Of a stretch of 64,000 bases of DNA, positions 1-9,338 are shown one piece after another. Positions within the stretch are counted from its first letter, which is position 1; each line of letters starts with the position of its first letter. Where the stretch lies: positions 32,001 through 96,000 of IMG/VR virus record IMGVR_UViG_3300035070_002905; one strand, written 5' to 3'. This DNA comes from a virus. A model generated the notes under the pieces. That model did not search any database, had not been told where the DNA came from, and saw nothing but the letters and a program-made list of their open reading frames with translations. A program made the position numbers and the translations under genes.

Positions 1-1020
1 CACGCCGAGGGTAACGTTAAGATCCACACGCAGATGGTTCTAGACGAAGCCTGGAAGATCATCGACTCCGGCATCCTGACTGACCGAGAGGAGAAGCTAC
101 TGATCTTCTCTGCGATCTTCCACGATTACGCTAAGTCTATCACTACGACTACCGATGTACGCGGCGGTCGTGAATGCGTAGTATCCCCCGGTCATGAGGA
201 TGTAGGCGCCGCGCATATTCTACTGCTCCAGGCTCCCGATGAGCTTACTCCCGATGAATGGGTCGACGTAGCCCGTCTGGTTAAGTACCATCAGATGTGC
301 AAGAAGGCCGTCCGTAAGGAATTTACTCGCGGTCAGTACCTGGAGCTGCAGCGTAATGTAGGCGATATGCACCTGCTGTATCTACTGGAGGTCTGTGATT
401 TCCGCGGGCGTGACTGTGTGGATATCGAGGAGCAGTTCATGTACCTAGAAGAGTTCTGGGCTCAGTGCTCTGCGTTAGACCTTACTCGTCCGGATGGACT
501 TACTCCTAAGCAGTATGCCCTAGGATGTACGGCTATGGCTGAAGGTAGAATCTACGACTTGGCCGAGGTGACCAGCCTGCCATTTAACTACGAGGATCGT
601 CCTGAGGTTACAATCATGTGCGGTCTTCCGGGTTCAGGTAAGAGTACCTACGCAAGTAGCTTCACGGGCACTGTAATCAGCCTAGACGAGATTCGACGAG
701 CTAACCCTAAGATGGGTAACGATGAAGTCCGTCGCACGGCTATGGACCTCCTGCGAGCTTCTCTGCGTAACAATGAGGAGATCCTCTGGGATGCTACCTG
801 CTATCGTAAGGACTTCCGACTTAAGGTCCGCGACCTGGCCTGGCAGTACGGAGCGTTCGTACGGATAGTCGTCGTGACTACCGATCTATTCACCTGTATT
901 ACTAACGATGGGAATCGTCAGGAACCGGTAGGAGCAGAGGTGATCAGCAATCAATATGATCGCTTCCAGATGCCTAGTCAGGACGAGGCAGACGAGCTGA
1001 TTTTCTTCAATAATCAGTAG
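1..1020 (+). CDS. HD-domain phosphoesterase fused to P-loop polynucleotide kinase (HD-Pnk-like end-healing enzyme), 5'-truncated by the window edge
   Basis: Frame 1 is open from base 1 (HAEGNVKIHTQMV...). Motifs: FHDYAK and GHEDVGA (HD fold), Walker A GLPGSGKST, WDATCY..DFR. Confidence 0.75.
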   Translation, partial: HAEGNVKIHTQMVLDEAWKIIDSGILTDREEKLLIFSAIFHDYAKSITTTTDVRGGRECVVSPGHEDVGAAHILLLQAPDELTPDEWVDVARLVKYHQMCKKAVRKEFTRGQYLELQRNVGDMHLLYLLEVCDFRGRDCVDIEEQFMYLEEFWAQCSALDLTRPDGLTPKQYALGCTAMAEGRIYDLAEVTSLPFNYEDRPEVTIMCGLPGSGKSTYASSFTGTVISLDEIRRANPKMGNDEVRRTAMDLLRASLRNNEEILWDATCYRKDFRLKVRDLAWQYGAFVRIVVVTTDLFTCITNDGNRQEPVGAEVISNQYDRFQMPSQDEADELIFFNNQ

Positions 1021-1026
1021 ATTCCT

Positions 1027-1040
1027 GTTATAAATAATAT
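1027..1040 (+). promoter_or_regulatory. Class A promoter-like motif GTTATAAATAATAT
   Basis: Intergenic and directly followed by SD AAGGAGG. The same motif recurs at 10418, 15049, 34669 and 58225. Confidence 0.65.
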
Positions 1041-1053
1041 GTAAGGAGGATTT

Positions 1054-1212
1054 ATGATTATCCTATTGACATTCATTAGAGCTATCATGACCGATAAAAT
1101 CAACACCCGTACCTTAGGTGATGGCGTTATCTTTGGTATCTGGGTTGCAGGTATGGTCGAGATGGTTATGGAATACACATTACTACTTGGAGTAGCTAGC
1201 CAATGTTCGTAA
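1054..1212 (+). CDS. Small hydrophobic protein (52 aa, not in ORF track)
   Basis: Strong SD AAGGAGGA, then MIILLTFIRAIMTDK...GVASQCS*. Confidence 0.6.
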   Translation: MIILLTFIRAIMTDKINTRTLGDGVIFGIWVAGMVEMVMEYTLLLGVASQCS

Positions 1213-2366
1213 TCGAATATCTAAACAAACACTCTGGTACCGTAGAGGCCCTAGAGAAGCTCAAGGATGAGCTTGGAATTAAGTACTCTATCAACGAGAA
1301 CTATCCCGAGCTTGTAGTGCTCAACTACTGTCAGATAGATTCTCCTAAGCACCATCCGATTACGCTTGAGTGCCGCTCGCTGGTACTCGAGATGCCGATC
1401 TACAGCCATGCAGCTCCGGCTAATTGCTGTAAAGATTGGACGGTGATATCCTCGGCGTTCGACCGCTTCTTTAATCTGCAGGAAATTGACTGCGGATATA
1501 ACATGACGGAACTCCACTCGTACGATAAGGTGGACGGCTCTCTATGCTGTCTGTTCAACTATCACGGCGAGTGGCTCTACCGTACCCGCTCGATGATCAT
1601 GCCTACTGAGTCTATCTTCGGACACGACTACAGCTGGGGTTGGTTCATCGAGACTTGTCTGGGTTGGTCTATGGACTCGCTCAAACTCGATACGGATTAC
1701 ACGTATATCTTCGAGGTCTGCGGACCGGAGAATCGTGTGGTAACTCGTTACACTGAACGTAAGGCCTATCTACTGGCTGCTCGACATGGTAAGCTACGGC
1801 ACTACATGGCGGGTCATAAGGTAGATCAAGTTGCCCGTGAGCATGACTGGCCTCGACCTAAGCGATATACCTTCGAGTCTGTCGCCGAGATTACAGCTGC
1901 TGCACTGGCGCTACGAGACCTCGAAGAAGGTTACGTGATGTACGATCGTCACGAAGAGCCAGTCGTCAAGTGTAAGAACCCTGCCTATGTTGCAGCCCAT
2001 CACCTACGCGGTGAAGGTCCTAAGACGCCTAAGCAGATTATCAATCTGATCATTATCGGAGAAACCGATGAATACCTAGGAATCTTCCCTGAAGATAAAC
2101 CTAGTTTCGATCCTTATCTAGACGGCTGGGAAGTCCTCTGGAATGAAGTAGGCTCTCTCTGGCCTGTCGTTAAGGATATCGAAGATCACAGAGAGTTCGC
2201 TATCTCTATCAAAGATGCGGAGTGTAAGCATATCCTATTCGGAATGCGCAAAGGTCTAACTGGTCGAGAAGCATTCGATCGTTTCCTGGATACAGGTAAA
2301 CGTCGTCTGGTCGAGACATATGCGAGGAATTATGGACAAGCAGAAAGTACTAGAACAACTACGTGA
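1203..2366 (+). CDS. RNA ligase 1 (T4 Rnl1-like)
   Basis: ECRSLVLE, FDRFFN, nucleotidyltransferase motif I KVDGS, FEVCGPENRVV, EGYV, KCKNPAY. Confidence 0.85.
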   Translation: MFVIEYLNKHSGTVEALEKLKDELGIKYSINENYPELVVLNYCQIDSPKHHPITLECRSLVLEMPIYSHAAPANCCKDWTVISSAFDRFFNLQEIDCGYNMTELHSYDKVDGSLCCLFNYHGEWLYRTRSMIMPTESIFGHDYSWGWFIETCLGWSMDSLKLDTDYTYIFEVCGPENRVVTRYTERKAYLLAARHGKLRHYMAGHKVDQVAREHDWPRPKRYTFESVAEITAAALALRDLEEGYVMYDRHEEPVVKCKNPAYVAAHHLRGEGPKTPKQIINLIIIGETDEYLGIFPEDKPSFDPYLDGWEVLWNEVGSLWPVVKDIEDHREFAISIKDAECKHILFGMRKGLTGREAFDRFLDTGKRRLVETYARNYGQAESTRTTT

Positions 2367-2469
2367 TGCCATTCAAGATGCCGAGCAATTCGGCCTTGTA
2401 CGCACCGAAGATGGAACTCCGATCACCGGAGTATTGGATGGTCCAGACGGATTCACCCTGGTAGAATAA
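2332..2469 (+). CDS. Small hypothetical protein (45 aa)
   Basis: SD GAGGA; MDKQKVLEQLRDAIQDAEQFG...LVE*. Confidence 0.5.
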   Translation: MDKQKVLEQLRDAIQDAEQFGLVRTEDGTPITGVLDGPDGFTLVE

Positions 2470-2486
2470 CTAATAAAGGAGACTCT

Positions 2487-2618
2487 ATGTCTACTCAAGC
2501 AGAACGCAAAGCCGCATACCTTCAAGTATTTTGTTCAGCTCCACAGTTGAACCCGGGCAACTCAGGCAAGAACTATAAGCGTTCTTACAACAAGACTAAG
2601 AGCAACCGCTCAGAGTAA
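2487..2618 (+). CDS. Small basic protein (43 aa)
   Basis: SD AAAGGAG; MSTQAERKAAYLQVFCSAPQLNPGNSGKNYKRSYNKTKSNRSE*; followed by a TTCG hairpin at 2625-2638. Confidence 0.55.
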   Translation: MSTQAERKAAYLQVFCSAPQLNPGNSGKNYKRSYNKTKSNRSE

Positions 2619-2665
2619 TCTACGGGGCCTTCGGGCCCTATCTTAAATTCCTAAGAGGAAATCAA

Positions 2666-4045
2666 ATGCAGATCAATCCATTAAATCACCTTGGTAAAAT
2701 CGCACTAGGTCTATTTACGGCTATAGTAGTATTCACTGGTATGGGTTACAACGATTCAGGTGTATCGACACGTGTGCAACAGCCAATGTTCGGTTACAAC
2801 TGGATTACTGAAGAAGGTTACTACTTCAAGCTTCCGCTAGTCAGCCGTGACCGTTCGTACGACCAGATCATTACGGTTGCCGTAACGACTAACGAAGACA
2901 TCTGTAATACTGCATCTGTGTGTATTGCTCCAGATCGTGCAGGTATTCCGTTCGCAGATACTTACCGCATGCAGTTAGAATACCAGATGCGTTTCCGCAT
3001 TCCGGTAATCGAGTCTGGTCTTGACGAGCAGGGTATCCTTAAGGCTATCGGTCTTGAAGAGATGCACGGCGACGTTAAGAGCCTAGAGAACCTGCGTGGT
3101 AACACTCTACTACCATTCGCACAGACTCTGGTAAGCGATACTGCTAACCAAATGCTTGCGACTAAAGTGGCACAGGGTGGCCAGAACGCATTCCGTACTC
3201 GTCTAGCAGATCAGGCTAGTAATGGTATGCTGGTAACTACCGTACAGAAAGTTCCAGTTACAGCTGAAATTGCAGACACTTCAAGTGATCGTGATGCATC
3301 TACTACTAAGATGGGCCAGCAGTTCATCACCCAGGTAGTTGTACATGAAGATGATAAAGGCCTTGCTCTACGTAATCCTACATCTATCTCTGCGTACGGT
3401 GTGACTCTAGTTCCTAACTCTATTCAGATCATTAAGGCTACGCCGGTTGGTCGTCTAGTAACTTACATCGATAACAAGCAGAAGAACATTGCCCTGCAGA
3501 TCGAGCAAGAGGAAACTCAGAAGCTACAACGTCAGAAGGCTAAGACTGCACAGCTTAAAGGTGCTACTGACTTAGTTACTCGTACTAACCAGTTGAACAT
3601 CGAAAAGGCTGAAGCTGTAATCGCCGCTGAGAAGCGTAACGAAGAGGCTGCACTACAGGCCGAGAAAGAGTTGATCGAAGCTAATAAAGTTAAAGACCTG
3701 GCGGTAGTTGACAAGGCTCGTGAACTTGAAATCTCTACGGCTAACCTTGGTATCCAAGAAGCTAACTACAAGTCTACTAAGTTTGAAGCTCAGGCTATCA
3801 AAGAGAAGGGTCTTGCAGAGGCACAGGTTGCTAAAGCTAAACTTGGTGCGAAGAATGCCAACAAAGAGATCTACCTTGCAGAGCTAGACGTTGAGAAGAC
3901 TCGACTAATGGCTGACGCTCTACCTAAGATGCAGATCACTGGTCCTAGCGTAGTAATGGGCGCAGGTGGTAACGGTACTGGTATGGTACAAGATCTACTA
4001 TCTACAAGCTTAGCTAAAGGTCTTCTAGACCCTAAATCTAAGTAA
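2666..4045 (+). CDS. SPFH/band-7 (prohibitin/flotillin-like) membrane protein
   Basis: N-terminal TM segment, GYYFKLP motif, long AE/AK-rich C-terminal coiled coil, Gly-rich tail. Confidence 0.7.
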   Translation: MQINPLNHLGKIALGLFTAIVVFTGMGYNDSGVSTRVQQPMFGYNWITEEGYYFKLPLVSRDRSYDQIITVAVTTNEDICNTASVCIAPDRAGIPFADTYRMQLEYQMRFRIPVIESGLDEQGILKAIGLEEMHGDVKSLENLRGNTLLPFAQTLVSDTANQMLATKVAQGGQNAFRTRLADQASNGMLVTTVQKVPVTAEIADTSSDRDASTTKMGQQFITQVVVHEDDKGLALRNPTSISAYGVTLVPNSIQIIKATPVGRLVTYIDNKQKNIALQIEQEETQKLQRQKAKTAQLKGATDLVTRTNQLNIEKAEAVIAAEKRNEEAALQAEKELIEANKVKDLAVVDKARELEISTANLGIQEANYKSTKFEAQAIKEKGLAEAQVAKAKLGAKNANKEIYLAELDVEKTRLMADALPKMQITGPSVVMGAGGNGTGMVQDLLSTSLAKGLLDPKSK

Positions 4046-4051
4046 TCTAAC

Positions 4052-4095
4052 AGGGCCTTCGGGCCCTATTTAAGGGTCCTGCGGGACTCTTTTTT
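4052..4095 (+). terminator. Tandem hairpins / intrinsic terminator
   Basis: AGGGCC-TTCG-GGCCCT, then AGGGTCC-TGCG-GGACTCT plus a T tract. Confidence 0.75.
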
Positions 4096-4109
4096 AGCTG
4101 GAGAATATC

Positions 4110-4982
4110 ATGAATTTTTCTATTGTAGTACCTGGAAACTGTAACGCTACGTGCTCATTCTGTGACTCACACTATATGAGACGTGCACCTGATAACTATC
4201 TAGAGCTTCTCCGTGAGGCTGTAGAATATGCTACCGTAGAGCTAGGTATGCGCGAGTGCTCTATTACCGGCGGAGAGCCGACGATCAGTCCTATGCTACC
4301 AGAGATCCTTGAGATTGCTCGTGAGAGCTTCGAGAAAGTCGTACTGACTACTAACGGTACTCGTCTGGCATCTAATATGGAGTTGATCTGTGAGAATGTA
4401 GATCACGTTAATCTCAGTCGTCATGCCGTAGGGTTCCATGCTAATACTCAAGTATTCCGTACTACTGCTATTCCGGATGATTCAGTTGTCCCCTGCATGA
4501 TTACCGAGTTGAATAAGGCCGGTATAGACGTTACTCTGAACTGTGTCTACGAGGATGACATGGAGGATTCAATAGAATTCCTTCGATACGCTAATACTCT
4601 AGGCGCCAATCGCGTATGCTTCCGTAATGATCATCGTCTGGGTATGGACGAGACTACTCTGGAACGTCGCTGGGCGGACTGGACGGTCATCGAGACGGGT
4701 GGATGTCCTACCTGCCGAAGTTCTACGATCCTAGCGTTCGGTAAGGAGGTTACATTTAAAGCCTCGGTCGAAGAGCCTAGTCGTACAATCGGTAGTGTAT
4801 ATGAGTTAATCTTCCAGCCGGAAGGAAAGCTTACTACGGACTGGGCGGGAGAGATAGAGTACAGTATAGTAGATGCGTCGGATTGGAACTATATACCGAG
4901 CGCCCTGTTCCATGAAAGCGTAGCTGCAGTTACTCGTTCGGGTGGCTGTGGTCGTGTTGAATATAACTCGAGAGGTTGCTAA
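4110..4982 (+). CDS. Radical SAM protein
   Basis: CNATCSFC (CxxxCxxC), ITGGEP, TTNG. Confidence 0.85.
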   Translation: MNFSIVVPGNCNATCSFCDSHYMRRAPDNYLELLREAVEYATVELGMRECSITGGEPTISPMLPEILEIARESFEKVVLTTNGTRLASNMELICENVDHVNLSRHAVGFHANTQVFRTTAIPDDSVVPCMITELNKAGIDVTLNCVYEDDMEDSIEFLRYANTLGANRVCFRNDHRLGMDETTLERRWADWTVIETGGCPTCRSSTILAFGKEVTFKASVEEPSRTIGSVYELIFQPEGKLTTDWAGEIEYSIVDASDWNYIPSALFHESVAAVTRSGGCGRVEYNSRGC

Positions 4983-5293
4983 TGAACACTATTAAAGTAT
5001 TTGGTTTTGAACACGAGGGAATGCCTAAATGTATCCTTCTATGTGAAGAGTATATAGGTGGTAAGCCTGATATAGGTACCTTCCCGATGGAACTTAAAGA
5101 GGTTCTGTCGGCTACCCTAGTGCGCGGCGGTGCGTATCTAGAGACTAAGGGCTTTAAAGAGTTCTTTGAAGAGCTGCTAGAAGAGCGTTCTCTAGGCGAC
5201 GGCTGGTATACAGACGTTAACGACGATCTCGAGCATAAGGTTCGAGCGGCTATCCAGCTATTAATTAGCGCAGTAGGAGCAGACGTATTATGA
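4982..5293 (+). CDS. Hypothetical protein
   Basis: ORF coupled to both neighbours; SD GAGG. Confidence 0.6.
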   Translation: MNTIKVFGFEHEGMPKCILLCEEYIGGKPDIGTFPMELKEVLSATLVRGGAYLETKGFKEFFEELLEERSLGDGWYTDVNDDLEHKVRAAIQLLISAVGADVL

Positions 5294-5883
5294 TTACATT
5301 AACTAAAACTGGCGGAATAATGGTCGGCCATCCTGCAGGTACTCAAATCGTTCCTGCTAATCCGCTTCCCGGCAGAGAGTACGCTATGGATTGCGGCGAG
5401 AAGGTCTTCACCATCCCTTGCGAGAGTAAGGATCCTAGTGATCCGCAGGCGTACGTGTATCTTAAACCTGAGCACTATACAGTGACCAGTCGCTATACCG
5501 AGCAGGTTGAGCGGTGGTCGGACGGCGGTCATTGGATCGAGAAGGACGGAGAGTATATGGATACTTCCGACTGCTTCAATGAGTTACGAGCTCTGGAAAG
5601 CGGCATGCAGCCGTTAATCCCGGTAGTAGCTATCCACGACAGTGACCGATTCAGCGGTTTGTTCTACAGTAAGACTGCGGCACTGGCGTACTTCAATAGA
5701 GTATTCCAGGCGCAAGGTAAGAGCGACCTAGAGTTCCTATCCAGTAGAGATATGGATTCATCTCACGGATGGGCTGGTCAGGCCACCGAGGCTGCCCAAG
5801 TACGATCTACTCGCGTACTGACCGAAGACTCGCTACGAGAAGAAGAGAACATTACGTTAATCGAACAGGGGTTTACAGCATGA
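5290..5883 (+). CDS. Hypothetical protein
   Basis: ATGA overlaps at both ends. Confidence 0.6.
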   Translation: MITLTKTGGIMVGHPAGTQIVPANPLPGREYAMDCGEKVFTIPCESKDPSDPQAYVYLKPEHYTVTSRYTEQVERWSDGGHWIEKDGEYMDTSDCFNELRALESGMQPLIPVVAIHDSDRFSGLFYSKTAALAYFNRVFQAQGKSDLEFLSSRDMDSSHGWAGQATEAAQVRSTRVLTEDSLREEENITLIEQGFTA

Positions 5884-6767
5884 AAAAACTAGGTATTATT
5901 CTAACGATCGGCATTAGCAACTCAGGTAAGACTACGTTCACGCGTGAGTTCGTTAAAGAGAACCCTATGTACACGGACATCAACCGTGACGATATGCGCG
6001 TGGCATTCTTCTGCGGCGGCGATCAGAGCGAGTATGTCAACTATAAGTTCAGCCAGGGTCGTGAGCAGATGATTACTACGGTAGCTGAGGTACGTGCACG
6101 CTGTGCTATTACTAGCGGCCAGGGCGTGATCATTAGCGATACGAATCTTAACGCTACGACGCGTGATTTCTGGAAGGCATTCGCCGAGGAACATAACGTT
6201 CCTTACGAAGAGAAGATTTTCCCAGTAGATCTGCACGTGGCGCTGGCACGTAACCGCAAGCGTCCTATCACTCTACCGCCTCGCGTAATCCGCCAGCAGT
6301 ACGTAAACTTCCGTAAGTTCATGGGACTTCCGTTCTACGAGCCTAACGAATCTCTACCGGAGGCGGTGATCTGTGATCTAGACGGTACCTTCTGTATCCA
6401 TAATGGACGTACTCCGTTCGAGTATGATAAGGTCTCTACTGATCTACCCGATCAAGACGTCTGGTTCCTACTGGATAGTCTGCGTGATGCCGGTACCGAG
6501 ATCTTATTCTTTACCGGTCGTGAAGATAAAGACGATTGTCGTAAGGATACCTTAGACTGGCTGGCAGAGCGCGGCCATGCTCCTACGGTATTCGAGATGC
6601 GAGAAAGAGGCGACTCTCGACCGGACGTGCAGGTTAAGGAGGAGTTCCTTTGGAAGCATGCAGACGATTATAACATTACGCTGGCGCTGGACGATCGCAA
6701 TCAGGTGGTCGATCTATGGCGTACTCTAGGCATTAAGTGCTGGCAAGTTTCTGAGGGCGATTTCTAA
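5880..6767 (+). CDS. pseT: Polynucleotide 5'-kinase/3'-phosphatase (T4 PseT-like)
   Basis: GISNSGKTT Walker A, INRDDMR, SDTNL, then a HAD domain with CDLDGT, TGR and LDDRNQVV. True start is probably the ATG at 5880. Confidence 0.9.
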   Translation: MKKLGIILTIGISNSGKTTFTREFVKENPMYTDINRDDMRVAFFCGGDQSEYVNYKFSQGREQMITTVAEVRARCAITSGQGVIISDTNLNATTRDFWKAFAEEHNVPYEEKIFPVDLHVALARNRKRPITLPPRVIRQQYVNFRKFMGLPFYEPNESLPEAVICDLDGTFCIHNGRTPFEYDKVSTDLPDQDVWFLLDSLRDAGTEILFFTGREDKDDCRKDTLDWLAERGHAPTVFEMRERGDSRPDVQVKEEFLWKHADDYNITLALDDRNQVVDLWRTLGIKCWQVSEGDF

Positions 6768-6974
6768 ATGAGCGCGATACGCAGAGTTTTAGCAGAGAAG
6801 AAGTTGGCCCAGAAGGATTGCTGGGCTATGGGAGAGGCCCAGGACGGGGTTAACGAGGAGCTGTACGCCCCTCATTGGCATAACGAGACTGAGCCTTCGG
6901 ATTTCGAAAAGGCTCGCGCGTATGAAAAGCTTGTGGAGAAAATGAATGACATACGATTTGGAGATCGCAATTGA
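6768..6974 (+). CDS. Hypothetical protein
   Basis: ORF abutting pseT. Confidence 0.55.
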   Translation: MSAIRRVLAEKKLAQKDCWAMGEAQDGVNEELYAPHWHNETEPSDFEKARAYEKLVEKMNDIRFGDRN

Positions 6975-7488
6975 GGAGATAACTCTTCTATGCGAGATTG
7001 AATACGAGCGCCTGAATAAGCTCCCTAGGAAGACTCGATACCGTCCTCGTGGTACTAAGCCGGGAGATATACGCAATGATATCTTAGAGCAGTTCATAGA
7101 GCTTCTCGAGGATCTGTACTTCGAGGAGTTCGAGGACGAGCTCCCTGGGTACAATCGCATCGATAACTTCTCGTCTGTCTGGATGCCCCGCCTATGGGAT
7201 ATCTGCGAGGGTGGATGGGATCAGATGCACCCTAAGTATCTAACACCTGGTATCTGCTGCTGGGTGTTGACCATGAAGGAGAAGGGTAGGTCCTGGTACT
7301 GGATTGTAAATGAAATCTACGAGTGGGAAGCAGAACACCACTGGAACCTTAACGTTACTAAGAGGAAAGAAAATGTCAAGAACATGGCTAATGAGCGACC
7401 CGCACATCGAACATCAACGGATCGGCGTCTTCCGAGATATTCCCGAGGAGTATCTCGAGGCCGCGGACGGGGACGCGGTACTCGCTAA
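6946..7488 (+). CDS. Hypothetical protein
   Basis: SD GGAG; 3' end overlaps the next gene. Confidence 0.55.
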   Translation: MTYDLEIAIEEITLLCEIEYERLNKLPRKTRYRPRGTKPGDIRNDILEQFIELLEDLYFEEFEDELPGYNRIDNFSSVWMPRLWDICEGGWDQMHPKYLTPGICCWVLTMKEKGRSWYWIVNEIYEWEAEHHWNLNVTKRKENVKNMANERPAHRTSTDRRLPRYSRGVSRGRGRGRGTR

Positions 7489-7945
7489 CACACTACATAT
7501 TCGAGCGGATGTATGCCGCTTCGTTCGTCCACGTGATAAGCTACTTATCCTAGGCGATTCTACCTGGTCCGAGAAGGGGATCCTAGAGATCGCCTCTTGG
7601 CCTGGCGATAAGGAGAACTTCGGCGGTAACCACGATGATCTACACGCCGAGATCTACCTTCAAGCCTTCAGCAATATCCGTGGCTGTAAGAAACTCCGTA
7701 AGGGTCGTGGCTGGGCGAGTCACTTCCCGGTACACGAGCAGGAGCTACGCGGCCACTTCTGTAACCACGGGCATGTACATAGCGCTACCATTCCGGACTG
7801 GCGTTATGTTAACCTGTGCTGTGACAACCTGTATAAGGAGACGGGATTCAACCTGATCTCCCTGGAAGATCTTGACGCCACGCACGCACACCGTCGTGAG
7901 CATAAGGATACTCGAATCATTCTAGCACCGAGGAAGGCGAGTTAA
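7373..7945 (+). CDS. Calcineurin-like metallophosphoesterase
   Basis: SDPH, LGD, GNHD, SHFP and HGHVH motifs; start MSRTW at 7373. Confidence 0.85.
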   Translation: MSRTWLMSDPHIEHQRIGVFRDIPEEYLEAADGDAVLANTLHIRADVCRFVRPRDKLLILGDSTWSEKGILEIASWPGDKENFGGNHDDLHAEIYLQAFSNIRGCKKLRKGRGWASHFPVHEQELRGHFCNHGHVHSATIPDWRYVNLCCDNLYKETGFNLISLEDLDATHAHRREHKDTRIILAPRKAS

Positions 7946-7955
7946 CCAGCTAGTC

Positions 7956-8230
7956 TGCTACAATTATACAAAATGATACAGGAATGATACAGCCTAAAGC
8001 CTTGATTCTAAAGGGTTTACTGCTATTTGTAGCAATGTAGCAAAATAATCGGTAACTATACACATACTAATAGAGAGAGACATATAAGTTTTGCTAAAGT
8101 CTCTTATTAAATTATTATAAAGTATATACCAATATATTATGCTACAATGCTACATAGGGTGCTCAGGCCAGGTGGGATAAGGGCTGAGGCTGTATCATAC
8201 CCCTGCTACACGTTTGCTACAAATGATACA
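7956..8230. repeat. Palindromic iteron-like element 1 (TG[C/A]TACA heptamers around an AT-rich core); candidate replication origin
   Basis: TGCTACA at 7956, 8140, 8148, 8204, 8215; TGATACA at 7974, 7985, 8224; TGTAGCA at 8028, 8036; TGTATCA at 8191; AT-rich core ~8045-8139; no ORF. Confidence 0.75.
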
Positions 8231-8241
8231 AGGAATGTGAC

Positions 8242-8661
8242 ATGAAAGAATTTATACTGGACGGTATAGAAGAGATCCGAGATATTACCAGTGAACTACA
8301 CGCTAAGTACTTGGAGTATATCTCGGGAGAGGATCCTATCTGCGAACGCTTCTACGTCTTCCGCGCTGCTCCAGAAGACTGGAAGGAGCACGGCGGCTAT
8401 CTCCGTACCGGTGATGGAATACCTGGATGGGATCATAGGAATATGGACTGGGAGCGCTATCGTAATATCGACTGGGAGTGGATCATCGAGAATATGGCAG
8501 AGAGTAGCGGCAGTGGAGTAGACTGGGATTCTATTCCAGACGATCTCCAGGATAAAGACTGGCTGTACTCGGCTCTGCAGAGATTCCCAGATAGTTTCTT
8601 TGCGCAGGGCGTCGACGCCGTCCTTCAGAAGAACTTAGGCTCATACAAATACGACTGGTGA
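8242..8661 (+). CDS. Hypothetical protein
   Basis: SD AAGGA; 139-aa ORF. Confidence 0.65.
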   Translation: MKEFILDGIEEIRDITSELHAKYLEYISGEDPICERFYVFRAAPEDWKEHGGYLRTGDGIPGWDHRNMDWERYRNIDWEWIIENMAESSGSGVDWDSIPDDLQDKDWLYSALQRFPDSFFAQGVDAVLQKNLGSYKYDW

Positions 8662-8665
8662 TTTA

Positions 8666-9229
8666 ATGGCAAAGCTACACTACCACTACAGTGCAATGAA
8701 TGCAGGTAAGTCTTCGCACCTACTACAGGCTGCGTTTAACTACCAGGAGCGCGGCATGAAGGTCGCTCTATTTAACTTCCAAGGAGATACTCGTTTCGGA
8801 GAGGGCGTAATCGCCAGCCGTATCGGTCTGCAAATGCCGGCCGTACCGTTTAACGCCGAGACTGAATTCCTCGAGGAGATCTATAAGTTCGAAGACGTAG
8901 ACTGCATCTTCGTCGACGAGGCGCAGTTCCTGACGAAGGTTCAGGTAGAGTCCCTGACGAACCTAGTAGACCGTTACGATATTCCGGTAATGGCATACGG
9001 ACTTCGTACCGACTTCCTACTGGAACCATTCGAAGGCTCTAAGTATCTATTGGCCTGGGCCGATGAGATCAACGAGATTCCGTCTATCTGTACCTGCGGT
9101 CGTAAGGCCCGTGCAGTAGTTCGTATGGATGACGGTCGCGCGGTGACCTCTGGAGATCAGGTGGTCATCGGAGATTCGAACTACGTGAGTCTATGTCGTC
9201 GCTGCTATAAGGAGGCTATCAATGAGTAG
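8666..9229 (+). CDS. tdk: Thymidine kinase
   Basis: YSAMNAGKS, VDEAQFL, YGLRTDF, CTCG...YVSLCRRC. Confidence 0.95.
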   Translation: MAKLHYHYSAMNAGKSSHLLQAAFNYQERGMKVALFNFQGDTRFGEGVIASRIGLQMPAVPFNAETEFLEEIYKFEDVDCIFVDEAQFLTKVQVESLTNLVDRYDIPVMAYGLRTDFLLEPFEGSKYLLAWADEINEIPSICTCGRKARAVVRMDDGRAVTSGDQVVIGDSNYVSLCRRCYKEAINE

Positions 9230-9338
9230 TCACAGACGTCGCCTACGCCTCTCTGCGAGGCGTTAGTACGTCCAGGGAACACTTAGGCGACATATCTTAA
9301 TAACCTCTCACAGGGCTACACAGCTCGTAGGATACAGC

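Noticed and set aside
7956-8230. CRISPR array or transposon ends (also 59413-59735)
   Set aside because: The repeats are 7 bp, in both orientations and irregularly spaced. No cas or transposase gene and no target-site duplication seen.
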